Source: a virus (taxonomy: Duplodnaviria; Caudoviricetes). Taken from it: a DNA stretch of 56,760 nucleotides. The translations under genes and the position numbers were made by a program. Each line of letters starts with the position of its first letter. Position 1 is the first letter of the stretch. This document shows, one piece after another, positions 9,867 to 18,427 of the stretch. The notes beneath the pieces were generated by a model. It searched no databases. It was not told the origin of the DNA and was given only the letters and a program-made list of their open reading frames with translations. The stretch is taken from positions 1 through 56,760 of the IMG/VR virus record IMGVR_UViG_3300011116_000470. One strand, given 5' to 3'.

Positions 9867-10108
9867 CACATAGCCCCGCGCTTCTCGCTCAGTGCCCGCG
9901 CCACCTCAACGTTAAGCGACTTCACGAACTTGATGCACTCTGCGCGCTCAAGGCGGGCGTACTTCAGGGCCACCTTCTCTTCGATCTTGGCCGCGAACTC
10001 CACGATGTCCAAGTTGTCGCAGTACAGGCCTTTGGGGTCAATGGGCTGGCTGGGGTCTTGGCTCTTGCAGGCCCACAGCACTTCTTTCAGGTCGTCTTCA
10101 GTCAGCAT
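9866..10108 (-). CDS. Hypothetical protein
   Basis: 80 aa, GGAGA RBS, ERAECI motif common in small phage proteins. Confidence 0.7.
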   Translation of the reverse strand: MLTEDDLKEVLWACKSQDPSQPIDPKGLYCDNLDIVEFAAKIEEKVALKYARLERAECIKFVKSLNVEVARALSEKRGAM

Positions 10109-10155
10109 AAGGTTCTCCGGTTAGTGTAACTTTAGGTTTGAGTATAATGCAAACC

Positions 10156-10356
10156 ATGACCCTAGCCGAATACTTTAAAACCGATGTGCGCGGTGCCAAG
10201 AGCGAGATGGCCGAGTACCTCAAGATCACGCCCACATGGATGGCGCTGCTTGTCGCAGGCAAGCGGCAAGCCTCTCCCGTGCTGGCGCTGGCTATTGAGA
10301 AGGCTACTGGGGGGCTGGTGACTCGGCAGGAACTTCGTCCTGACATCTTTCGGTGA
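10156..10356 (+). CDS. Cro/YdaS-like HTH regulator (probably leaderless)
   Basis: KSEMAEYLKITPTWMALLVAGKRQAS...IEKATGGLVTRQELRPD pattern; TATAAT at 10143-10148. Confidence 0.75.
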   Translation: MTLAEYFKTDVRGAKSEMAEYLKITPTWMALLVAGKRQASPVLALAIEKATGGLVTRQELRPDIFR

Positions 10357-10477
10357 CCGCCTTGCGCCACTGCTCCAACAGCATCTTGTTGTCGGCCCTG
10401 AGTTGTCGGCTTTCCTCCACCAGCTCATAGGCGATCTTCTCTAAATTCTCTCTTTGCCACAAGGCGAAATCAGCCAT
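10304..10477 (-). CDS. Hypothetical protein (57 aa, MADFALWQRENLEKIAYEL...)
   Basis: Overlaps helicase stop, AAGGA RBS, coiled-coil like; overlaps 3' end of the Cro-like gene convergently; not in ORF track. Confidence 0.55.
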   Translation of the reverse strand: MADFALWQRENLEKIAYELVEESRQLRADNKMLLEQWRKAVTERCQDEVPAESPAPQ

Positions 10478-11855
10478 TTGTTTTCCTTCGACGCTTCATG
10501 GCGTCCATCAAAATATCTTGTACTTCGCGCTTGGTCTCCAAGCGCTCTAACACCAGTTCGTCCACTGTCCCCTTGGCCAGTATCCGGTGGATAAACACCG
10601 GCCTGTCGTGGCCAGCCTGCATCTGCCGAGTGGGGCCGATCCGCTCAATGATCTGGAGGTGCTCTTCCAGATTCCAGTTGACCGCAAAGAACACCAGTAT
10701 GTTGCCGCCGTCCTGCAAATTCAGGCCATGCCCAGCGCTTGCCGGGTGTGCAAACAGCAGCGGTATTTTGCCTTCGTTCCAGTCCCGTATGGTCTGCGGG
10801 TTCTTGTCCAAGTGCCGCCCCTGCGGGAACGCCTTGAGCAGCCGCGCAAGATCGCTCTTGAAGTTGTAGGCCACCAGCACCGGCATGCCCGCAGCTTCCT
10901 CCACGATAGACTCCAAGGCCTCTATTTTGGCCTTGTGCAGTTCGCGCCACTCAATGGCACCCTCACCCACGTACATGGCCCCATTGGCGATCTGAAGGCA
11001 CTTCTGGGTCTTTGCAGCGGCATTGAACGCCTCAACCTCGTGCCCAGAGTCCAGCGAAGTGAACATTTCCTTTTCCATGTCCTTGTAGTGCTTGCGCGCC
11101 TTGGGCGGCAGTGTCACCATGATGTCGTTGATGATGGGCTCTTTCAGGTCGAACCAATCCTTGGCCTCAATGGTCAGGCACACGTCGCGCAGCTTGTCCT
11201 GTATCTCTTTTTGGGCGTGGCGCATGGGCTCCAAGCCATAGCCGTCGCGGGATGTCTGGAACCAGCGCTGGCTAAAGGCCGTGAAGGTGCGCCCGAGGCG
11301 GTTGCCTGCGTCGATGAACCACGCCTGCCCCCATAGGTCTTTGAGGCCGTTGCTGGCCGGTGTGCCGGTCAGTTCCACCAGCCGTTTGATGCGGGTGTGC
11401 GCGATGGAGCCCAGCGCATGCGCCCGCTTGCCGCCTTGGCGTAGCCGGAACGACTTGACCCGCGTGGACTCGTCTAGCACCACGGTGCGGTAGGGCCACT
11501 TGTCGCCCCAATAGGCCACCAGCCACACCAGTTGCTCGTAGTTGGTGGTATAGACCTGCGCCGGGCTGCGGATGGCCTCTATGCGCTCTTTCTCGGTGCC
11601 CGTGATGGCCACGATGTTCATGCCGCGCAAGTGCTCCCACTTGAGCACCTCGTCGGGCCATGTGCCGGTGGCCACGCGCAGCGGGGCTACAACCAGCACG
11701 GGGCTGTCCTCAACCATCAAGATGGCCTCAATGGCCGTGAGCGTGGCCACCGTCTTGCCCGTGCCCATACCGGCCCACACCGCGCAGCGCTTGCTGCCCA
11801 ATATGTGCTCAATGATCATGCCCTGATACGGGCGGGGGGTGAATACTTGCCTCAT
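10470..11855 (-). CDS. SNF2-family helicase
   Basis: GMGTGKT Walker A, VLDES, LTGTPA, HPASAGHGLNLQ, QIIERIG motifs. Confidence 0.92.
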   Translation of the reverse strand: MRQVFTPRPYQGMIIEHILGSKRCAVWAGMGTGKTVATLTAIEAILMVEDSPVLVVAPLRVATGTWPDEVLKWEHLRGMNIVAITGTEKERIEAIRSPAQVYTTNYEQLVWLVAYWGDKWPYRTVVLDESTRVKSFRLRQGGKRAHALGSIAHTRIKRLVELTGTPASNGLKDLWGQAWFIDAGNRLGRTFTAFSQRWFQTSRDGYGLEPMRHAQKEIQDKLRDVCLTIEAKDWFDLKEPIINDIMVTLPPKARKHYKDMEKEMFTSLDSGHEVEAFNAAAKTQKCLQIANGAMYVGEGAIEWRELHKAKIEALESIVEEAAGMPVLVAYNFKSDLARLLKAFPQGRHLDKNPQTIRDWNEGKIPLLFAHPASAGHGLNLQDGGNILVFFAVNWNLEEHLQIIERIGPTRQMQAGHDRPVFIHRILAKGTVDELVLERLETKREVQDILMDAMKRRRKTNG

Positions 11856-12118
11856 GCCAGCAGCGCGTCCACGCCCTCGATAGTGTCGATGACTTCCACC
11901 AGTTCACCGAGCCTGCGCATGCGGTTGTGCTCCCGTATCTGGTGTACCTTGGGCTTGACGCCGGGGGCTTTTAGCTCCACCCAGAACGGCGTGCGTCCCG
12001 GCAGCATCACGCGGCGATCCGGTGCGCCAACGTGGCCCACCCACTTGCCCTTGCGGATTTCGCCGCCCAGTTCCTTCACCCGTTTGACGAGGTACTTCTC
12101 AATGTCAGATTCACGCAT
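11852..12118 (-). CDS. VRR-NUC domain nuclease
   Basis: MRESDIE...GAPDR...FWVELKAP...HQ motif; true start 12118. Confidence 0.88.
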   Translation of the reverse strand: MRESDIEKYLVKRVKELGGEIRKGKWVGHVGAPDRRVMLPGRTPFWVELKAPGVKPKVHQIREHNRMRRLGELVEVIDTIEGVDALLA

Positions 12119-12119
12119 A

Positions 12120-14213
12120 TCAGTCTTTCTTGTATCGGTATGTTTCAAAGCCCGCTGCTGCCAGCGGCATGTCTTGCGCCCATGCGGGCGGTGTGGCCAG
12201 CAGCGCGGCCATCTTGTCCACGCTGTACTCGGGGCTGTCTGGGGCTTCGGCGATGATCTCGTCATGCACCGTCAACACGATCTGGTAGCCCGCCGCTTCT
12301 ATCAGCGGCATGTTCGCGGCCATCACGTCGCGGGCGATGGCTTGGCACAGGTTCTCAAAGAGCTTGCCGCCATGGGTATGGACACGCACCCACTTGCGCG
12401 TGAACTGGTCTATGCCCATGTAGGTGATGCTGTCGTCTTCCATGACCTTGGGGCTGGGGTAGCACAGCACGCGCCCCGAGGGCAGCGTGATCAGCAACCA
12501 GCTTTTTGCGGCCTTGATCTTCAGGCCCAGCGTGGTGTAGGTCTGGCCACGGGTACGAAGGGCTTGCAGCACCGCGTTCTTGAGCCTTCCCCAGTAGCCC
12601 GAGATATTGGGGTGGGCGTTGCGCCATGCGCGCTTTAGCACGTCGCAGGCCACGAAGGCGTCATCGGACAGCCCATAGCGCGAGCGCTTGTCCTTGATGG
12701 CCCACTCCAAGAACTTGTCGGCCTTGGCCACCAGTTCCTCGTCGGCCAGCTCTAACACCTTTACGGCGAGGTCTTCAAGGTCGATGTCGTAGGCCCCGGC
12801 AAAGGTCGCAAAGGCCCCCACGCCGCCCTCGTAGCCCAGCGCCAGCTCTTGGACCTTGCCCACCTGCCGCTGGTCCGAGTTGACATTGTCTAGCTTGACG
12901 CCGAAGGACTTGCTGTAGGCCAGCTTGTACAGGTCGGGACCAAGCCGAATGGGCTTGCCCTTAGCGTCTTTACCAACTATGGTGTCAAAGTCGCGAAAGG
13001 CCTTGAGCTTCCATTCCTCGTTGGCCAGCCACGCTTGGTCGCGGCCCTCGATGTTGGACAAGTCGGCTATCACCAGCTTCTTGCCGGGCGGGGCCACGAT
13101 GCAACTACGGATAGCCGAAACAGCCAACTCCATCACGTCATCAAAGATCAAGTGCGCGCACCCGGCTTTGAGTGCTTCAATGCCTAAGTCGATGTCCTCT
13201 TGCTTGAGCGTGGGCCGAGGCAGGTTCTGGGGCTGGAATAGCCGCCCAGCCCAGCGGCCAGTACGCGCTGCGCCGTTAAATTGCAGCAGCCCGCGCAAAC
13301 GCCCGTCCGCGCTGGTGCCCCTGCGCAACACCTTGTACTTGGCCGTGCTGGTGGAAGAGGCCTGCAAGCGCATCGTCAGCAAGTCGCGTAGTTCCGAACT
13401 GATGTCCATGGCCAGCACCTTGGCCACGGTGGCCATTTGCAAGTCGGGCATGTCGATACCGTAGCTCTCAAGTATGTGCAAGCGCAGCGCAGCGCCTTTT
13501 GTGGTGCTGGCGATCTGGCCGTCAGTTAGCGCCACGGTGCGTTCGGCCAAACTGGTCTGGGCCGTGGCCACGGCGGTGATGGCTGCGTTCACCAGTTCCA
13601 TGTCGATGGCCACGCCCCGGTCGTTTATGGTCTGGTCAAGCTGCCACAGCGCTGTCTCCGTGGGGGTCATGTTGATCATGGGCATGCGCTTCATTACTTC
13701 GCGCATGGCCTCAATGTCCGAAGCCGCGTAGGCCTTGAAGCGCTCCCACTCCACTGGGTGCGTCTCGCGGGTGGCCCTGCGCAGGATGCGGTTCTTGCCC
13801 AAGGGCTTGGTAAAGAGTTGGATCAGGCGCTTGCCGTCCTTGTCCTTGGCCTTGTCCGTGGGCAGGCCTAGGATGTCGCAGAGCATGCCCAGCGCGCCCG
13901 GCAGGCCGTGGCTCAGGGCTTGCACCATGGTGTCGTGGATGCGCGCCGTGGGGATGTCTACGCCCCACGCATGCCGGATCACGGTGCGGTCAAAGTGACT
14001 GTTTTGGATCACCACCGTAACGCTGGGATCGTTTAGCACCGCCATTATCCCGTCGGGGCGGGTATTGGGCAGGGTGAGGTCTAGCACCTGCACCGGCCCA
14101 TCGTCACACGCCCACGCCACCAGCAGTATCTCCGCGTCTGCGGCGTACACATGCGTGCCATGGGTTATAGGGGTCTCGGAGTAGGTCTCCAAGTCCAAGT
14201 ACAAAGTCTTCAT
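12120..14213 (-). CDS. polA: Family A DNA polymerase with 3'-5' exonuclease domain
   Basis: LDLET exo motif, RTGRWAG, QPQNLP, motif A DLSNIEGR, motif B RQVGKVQELALGY, motif C VHDEI. Confidence 0.95.
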   Translation of the reverse strand: MKTLYLDLETYSETPITHGTHVYAADAEILLVAWACDDGPVQVLDLTLPNTRPDGIMAVLNDPSVTVVIQNSHFDRTVIRHAWGVDIPTARIHDTMVQALSHGLPGALGMLCDILGLPTDKAKDKDGKRLIQLFTKPLGKNRILRRATRETHPVEWERFKAYAASDIEAMREVMKRMPMINMTPTETALWQLDQTINDRGVAIDMELVNAAITAVATAQTSLAERTVALTDGQIASTTKGAALRLHILESYGIDMPDLQMATVAKVLAMDISSELRDLLTMRLQASSTSTAKYKVLRRGTSADGRLRGLLQFNGAARTGRWAGRLFQPQNLPRPTLKQEDIDLGIEALKAGCAHLIFDDVMELAVSAIRSCIVAPPGKKLVIADLSNIEGRDQAWLANEEWKLKAFRDFDTIVGKDAKGKPIRLGPDLYKLAYSKSFGVKLDNVNSDQRQVGKVQELALGYEGGVGAFATFAGAYDIDLEDLAVKVLELADEELVAKADKFLEWAIKDKRSRYGLSDDAFVACDVLKRAWRNAHPNISGYWGRLKNAVLQALRTRGQTYTTLGLKIKAAKSWLLITLPSGRVLCYPSPKVMEDDSITYMGIDQFTRKWVRVHTHGGKLFENLCQAIARDVMAANMPLIEAAGYQIVLTVHDEIIAEAPDSPEYSVDKMAALLATPPAWAQDMPLAAAGFETYRYKKD

Positions 14214-14219
14214 TGCGCG

Positions 14220-14435
14220 CTACTGGTACGGGTTTTTTGGGCGCAATTGTGGTTGCAGTGTGGGCGGCGCGCTTATCTTATGCAGAATGCTCACGACCTC
14301 TTGCGTGCCCTCGGTAAGAGCCTCTGACTGGAGCACGCGGCCCACTAGCTCGGGATTCTTCTTGGCGTAGCCCTCACCAAAAACGATGTCAATCGCCTCG
14401 GCGGCGTCCCATATCTTGTCTTTAAGTCTGCCCAT
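14220..14435 (-). CDS. Hypothetical protein (71 aa)
   Basis: Start MGRLKDKIW; AIDIVFGEGYAKKNPELVG motif. Confidence 0.65.
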   Translation of the reverse strand: MGRLKDKIWDAAEAIDIVFGEGYAKKNPELVGRVLQSEALTEGTQEVVSILHKISAPPTLQPQLRPKNPYQ

Positions 14436-14462
14436 AGTAATTCCAGTATGTGTATATAAGGT

Positions 14463-14589
14463 GGGGGTACTCGCTGCACTGGTGAGATTCGAACTCACGA
14501 AGTCCCAAGTATTGCCTCTGGCGGCACTCAAGACTTTATAGCCAGATCACCGTTTGACCATTCTCCGGCACAGCATCCGCTTTCCCCCC
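14463..14589 (-). ncRNA. tRNA-like structured RNA (D arm + T arm, no anticodon arm, no CCA)
   Basis: Minus strand has GUGAG-UUCGAAU-CUCAC T arm, CCG-GAGAAUGGUCAAA-CGG D-like arm, an 11-bp stem, and an outer GGGGG/CCCCC stem with GAAA/GAGUA internal loop. Confidence 0.6.
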
Positions 14590-14594
14590 GAATA

Positions 14595-15131
14595 TCAAAC
14601 CAAGTCTTCTACGCTCAGGTCTTCAAAGTCGTCGGTATCGGCCACGCCGCCGCCAGCAAAGCTCTCGCCGTCTTTGTAGAACTGCACGCCCATCAAAGTG
14701 GCATTGATGCGCTTGCCGTAGTTGTTGTCCTGCACCCACAATTCAATGCTGGCGTTGACGTAGCAGCCCGCATAGGGCTTGCCGTCTTGCGCCGTCAGCG
14801 GGGTCTTGTTCACGTCGATCACTAGGGGCTTGATAGAGTTGCGAGCGCTGACGTACATCATGCCCTCAAAGCCATCGTAGTTGGCCTTTAGATCGCCGCT
14901 GTGCAGGCAGGTCTTGTCGGCTGCGCGGATAGTCTTGAGCATGGCGTCGGCCTTAGCGCCCCACTTTTCTTTGGCCACGGCCTCGATGGCACTGTTGATG
15001 GTTTTAATCTGCGAATCTTTGGGGTCGATCAGGAACGCAGCAGAGAAGGCAGGTTTGCCCTCGCCGTTGACGGTCTTGGCCTCAAAGAGTTGGGGGAACG
15101 ACAAGCGCACATTGTTGAGTTTTACTTTCAT
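14595..15131 (-). CDS. DUF2815-family single-stranded DNA-binding protein
   Basis: VRLSFP, YAGCYVNASI, GVQFYKDGESF motifs, acidic C-terminal tail. Confidence 0.88.
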   Translation of the reverse strand: MKVKLNNVRLSFPQLFEAKTVNGEGKPAFSAAFLIDPKDSQIKTINSAIEAVAKEKWGAKADAMLKTIRAADKTCLHSGDLKANYDGFEGMMYVSARNSIKPLVIDVNKTPLTAQDGKPYAGCYVNASIELWVQDNNYGKRINATLMGVQFYKDGESFAGGGVADTDDFEDLSVEDLV

Positions 15132-15146
15132 GGGAATCTCCAAAGG

Positions 15147-16301
15147 TTAAGGGTTTGTCACGTCATCAAAATCAGAAGCGTCTGCTGACGTAACCAGTGC
15201 AGGGCGCTTATCGGAAACAGGGGCCACCGAGGGGGAGCCCTCGGCTTGGGTAATCAACTCGGAAATCTTGACCCACTGGCGTGGGCCAATCTCGCCCGCC
15301 TTGGACAGCTTTTCCAAGCTGGTGGGGCTGGCCAGTTTGTAGTCATACATCTGGTCGTGCTTGATCCGCATGGACTTCAAAAGGGCCTCTGCGTCTTCAG
15401 CGTTTGACCACTGCCGATTGCCCTTCTTGCCTTGCACCAGCTTGTAGCCGGGAACCGGCACACCGGCCAGCAAGCGGCGCTCAACTTCTGCGCGCACGGC
15501 CTTGACCCATTTTTCGATCATGTCGGCGTTGGCCATCACGCGGGCGAGGTCGTCGTCGTCCGCCGTCTCGGGCACCACGGTGTCAAAGTCGTTTATCACC
15601 GCTGTGCGGATGGCCGGGCAGGTAGCCTTGGCCCTGCACCACTGGCAACCCTTGGGAGAGGGCACAAGCGGCGCGTCGGGCTGGCGGGTGTACTCTGCCG
15701 CAAACTGCACCTCGGCTGCGAACACGTTCAGGTCGTCAATGCTCAGGCTCCACTCGGGGGCCGCGCCAAGGCGGGGCTGGACGATGCCAACGCGCACGCG
15801 CTTGAAGTCGTAGGCGATGTCCCACTCCCTGAGCACGCCGCAGGCGTACATCAAAAGCTGGGGGTTTTCCTCGGCCTCAACCTCCACGCCGCGCCCGAAC
15901 TTGGCGTCCAGCACGATCAGTTCGTCTTGGGTCAGGATCACGGCATCCGCCGTGCCTTGCGCGCCGGGCTCGTTGGTCAGATGGTCGATGCCCACGCGCT
16001 GCTCCACCAGCAGCCGCCCGTTGGTGGCCCTGACAACGCTGCGCACATGGTCAACGTACTTCTGCACGGCCTGCGCCTGCTCTACCTGCAAGATCAGCCC
16101 GGTCTCGGTGTCGGTCACGCCGATGTAACCAGAGGCGTCGGTGCCTGCGACCAAGCAGTGCGCCGCCACGGTGTGCATCATCGTGCCCTCGTCCGCGCTG
16201 GCCGAGCTGGTATCCGGGATGTCCTTGGACAGCGCCACCGAGCCGGGGCAGGTCATCCAGCGCACTGCGCTACTGGGCGATAGCTGGGCGTGCGCGCTCA
16301 T
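15147..16301 (-). CDS. DUF2800 Cas4-like PD-(D/E)xK exonuclease
   Basis: HAQLSPSSAVRWMTCPGS, GTAD, DAKFG, QLLMYA, CQWCRAKATC. Confidence 0.9.
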   Translation of the reverse strand: MSAHAQLSPSSAVRWMTCPGSVALSKDIPDTSSASADEGTMMHTVAAHCLVAGTDASGYIGVTDTETGLILQVEQAQAVQKYVDHVRSVVRATNGRLLVEQRVGIDHLTNEPGAQGTADAVILTQDELIVLDAKFGRGVEVEAEENPQLLMYACGVLREWDIAYDFKRVRVGIVQPRLGAAPEWSLSIDDLNVFAAEVQFAAEYTRQPDAPLVPSPKGCQWCRAKATCPAIRTAVINDFDTVVPETADDDDLARVMANADMIEKWVKAVRAEVERRLLAGVPVPGYKLVQGKKGNRQWSNAEDAEALLKSMRIKHDQMYDYKLASPTSLEKLSKAGEIGPRQWVKISELITQAEGSPSVAPVSDKRPALVTSADASDFDDVTNP

Positions 16302-16687
16302 GCTAGTTCTGCCAAGAAGGCCGGGTAGTCGGCGGGCTTTAGCTGGGGGCCTTTGGCTGCGCCGAACTTGGCCAACGCGGCCAAGACCTTGGCCCGGTCT
16401 TTAGTCCATGTGTCCGTGATGGCCTTGGCCACCATGTCGTAGTCAATACCAGCGGTCGTCGCTTGCGTAGAGGTTGTCTCCGAAGAACCGGTCGTAGCGG
16501 TCGTAGGCCCTATCTCCGACGTGGCGGTGGCTTGCGCCTCGGCCTTGGCGGCTTTTGGCGCTTTCCCCTTTGGGGCGGAGGGAACCTCCGCATCTGGCTC
16601 GGGCACCGCTACACGGGCGCTCTGTAGGGTTGCGTTGAGGGCGTTCACTGCGTCGGTGAGGCCCTTGATTGTGTCTTCTAGGCTCAT
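16298..16687 (-). CDS. Hypothetical protein preceding DUF2800
   Basis: GGAG RBS before ATG 16687; coiled N-terminus, Ala/Thr linker, LAKFGA...LKPADY C-terminus. Confidence 0.75.
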   Translation of the reverse strand: MSLEDTIKGLTDAVNALNATLQSARVAVPEPDAEVPSAPKGKAPKAAKAEAQATATSEIGPTTATTGSSETTSTQATTAGIDYDMVAKAITDTWTKDRAKVLAALAKFGAAKGPQLKPADYPAFLAELA

Positions 16688-16705
16688 GTGGGTATCTCCA
16701 TAAAT

Positions 16706-16811
16706 CCACAACACAATTGTTGTGGCGAGGCGATCTTACATCACATTTTGGGCAGTTGCTGTAACTTTTTAAAAAATATTTGTTGTAAACCACAACTTTC
16801 TGTTGTAGGAT
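16706..16811. promoter_or_regulatory. Divergent promoter/operator region
   Basis: AT-rich gap between divergent operons; -10-like TAAGAT (minus, 16733-16738) and TAGGAT (plus, 16806-16811); inverted repeats CCACAACA-CAAT-TGTTGTGG (16706-16725) and ACAAC-N5-GTTGT (16792-16806). Confidence 0.6.
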
Positions 16812-16841
16812 CGGGCTCTCTACAACTTTTTGGAGTAAAAA

Positions 16842-17045
16842 ATGATGCGCCGCATAGGACTACGCGAACTGCTCAAAGAGCCGTTCAAAAAGCCAACACC
16901 GCTAGAGGTGATCGCCGCCGAGTTAGCAGAGGCCCATCTGGCCAAGCTGCAAGCAGAGACCGGAGTCGAGTACGCCCAGTCCATCGTGGACTATAACGTC
17001 AACCGAATCACGCGGCTCAACGCCCGCATGGAGGAATACAAATGA
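16842..17045 (+). CDS. Hypothetical early protein
   Basis: GGAG RBS, 67 aa. Confidence 0.7.
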   Translation: MMRRIGLRELLKEPFKKPTPLEVIAAELAEAHLAKLQAETGVEYAQSIVDYNVNRITRLNARMEEYK

Positions 17046-17266
17046 AAGACGAGATTGCAGGTGCGATTTACGCCAAGGAATACACCGATTGGCACATCAA
17101 GACGGGTGGCTTTGCGCGGGACATGACACTGCGTGACCACTTTGCGGGGCTGGCTATGCAAGGGATGATATCAAGCGGCAACCTACCGGTGTCAGTAAGT
17201 GATGAAGAGATTGCAGATGCCGCATACGAAATGGCAGACTTAATGCTTAAGGAGCGCAACAAATGA
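17042..17266 (+). CDS. Conserved phage hypothetical protein
   Basis: MTLRDHFAGLAMQG...AYEMADLML motif. Confidence 0.75.
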   Translation: MKDEIAGAIYAKEYTDWHIKTGGFARDMTLRDHFAGLAMQGMISSGNLPVSVSDEEIADAAYEMADLMLKERNK

Positions 17267-17640
17267 AAAAACTTATCGCTATCACCGCTGCTGTAGCAGC
17301 ACTTGCGGGTTGTTCCTCGGACGCAGACATTGCATCACGCAATATGTCCAAGGCGGCAGACCAGTTTGAAATCACGCGCCGTGTGGTGTTTTACAACGGC
17401 ATCACTGGCGACTACGTGCTGACTGTCGAGGGCTTGTGTTCGTTGGGCAATTACGACAACCACAGGGGACTGTCCATCACTTGCAAGGTAGGGCCGAATA
17501 GCTACAAGAAGCACTTCCTTGGCCTGTCCGACAACGTGACTTATTTTGTCGAGCAGTTGGAAGCCAAGCCAGCCAGTGTGTACCACTACCGTGTGATATT
17601 TAAACCCGCTGCAATCATTCCTGATGTGGAGGTCAAATGA
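17263..17640 (+). CDS. Phage lipoprotein
   Basis: MKK + hydrophobic stretch + LAGC lipobox; RRVVFYNGIT motif. Confidence 0.8.
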   Translation: MKKLIAITAAVAALAGCSSDADIASRNMSKAADQFEITRRVVFYNGITGDYVLTVEGLCSLGNYDNHRGLSITCKVGPNSYKKHFLGLSDNVTYFVEQLEAKPASVYHYRVIFKPAAIIPDVEVK

Positions 17641-17822
17641 CTGAATACAACCCTTACGTGGCTGAATACAAACTTCACGTACCGCCGTCGCCTGTTGGGT
17701 ATTGGGTGTTGTACGCCGAAGCGCCGCAGCAAACTATGTTTGCTATGTATCACAAACCCACAGACGAGCAGATTGCCAACACCGAACGGTTGCTAGGCTG
17801 GACATGGAAGGACGCAAAATGA
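17637..17822 (+). CDS. Hypothetical protein
   Basis: GGAGG RBS, ATGA coupling. Confidence 0.65.
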   Translation: MTEYNPYVAEYKLHVPPSPVGYWVLYAEAPQQTMFAMYHKPTDEQIANTERLLGWTWKDAK

Positions 17823-17914
17823 ACACATGGCCCTTTCCCACCACGCCACTACCCGATAAGCCCTACAAGCGAGTACCCGTTAACCCTGACAACTACGAGG
17901 ATGCACCACTATGA
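17819..17914 (+). CDS. 31-aa hypothetical protein (MNTWPFP...EDAPL)
   Basis: ATGA overlaps on both sides. Confidence 0.55.
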   Translation: MNTWPFPTTPLPDKPYKRVPVNPDNYEDAPL

Positions 17915-18132
17915 ACTGCTGTAACGCAAACGGAGACTGCACACAAGGTAAAGACTGCCCTGTACGCAAGCAGCGCATCAAAGAAATCAATGATGCCTAC
18001 GCCAACGGGTTTAAAGACGCACAGATAGATGACCCGATAGACGATCTCGCCCACACATTCAAGGGATTGATAACCTTGCTTACGGTGGTGCTTTGTGTGT
18101 GGGTCGTGTACTTACTTATTTGGGGGAAGTAA
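17911..18132 (+). CDS. Cys-rich hypothetical membrane protein
   Basis: CC...C....CPVR N-terminus, C-terminal hydrophobic helix. Confidence 0.65.
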   Translation: MNCCNANGDCTQGKDCPVRKQRIKEINDAYANGFKDAQIDDPIDDLAHTFKGLITLLTVVLCVWVVYLLIWGK

Positions 18133-18347
18133 TGAACATCATTGAACTAGCGAAACAAGCGGGGTTTCAAGACGCAGATTGGAATTACATCAAAGCCCTT
18201 GCAAAGTTTGCCGACTTGGTAGAAGCAGCAGCCCGTGCTGACGAGCGCGAAGCGTGTGCCAAGCTGTGCGATGAAGTCGGCAAAGAAAGCCTAAGCCAAT
18301 GGCCCTACAGGTTTGCAAACATGATTAGAGCAAGGGGAACAACATGA
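18132..18347 (+). CDS. Hypothetical protein (EREACA family)
   Basis: IIELAKQAGF...EREACAKLCD...IRARG. Confidence 0.7.
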   Translation: MNIIELAKQAGFQDADWNYIKALAKFADLVEAAARADEREACAKLCDEVGKESLSQWPYRFANMIRARGTT

Positions 18348-18427
18348 CAGGCTACCAATCTTATTGCGTGTACTGCAAGCGTCCCGTGTACACAATACTA
18401 ACCAAGTGTAGGAGTTGCGGAAAATGA
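18344..18427 (+). CDS. 27-aa zinc-ribbon micro-protein
   Basis: MTGYQSYCVYCKRPVYTILTKCRSCGK; ATGA overlaps at both ends; not in ORF track. Confidence 0.55.
   Translation: MTGYQSYCVYCKRPVYTILTKCRSCGK

Noticed and set aside
11532-12638. Long plus-strand ORF (368 aa) and similar antisense ORFs (15432-16283, 19720-20757, 22480-23433, 34465-35400)
   Set aside because: Shadows of well-supported genes on the opposite strand in GC-rich DNA; no motifs or RBS
14463-14589. Canonical tRNA gene
   Set aside because: No anticodon stem-loop, imperfect acceptor stem, no CCA; reported as tRNA-like RNA instead
16688-16842. Lysogeny switch / attP
   Set aside because: Divergent promoters exist, but flanking genes are not repressor or integrase
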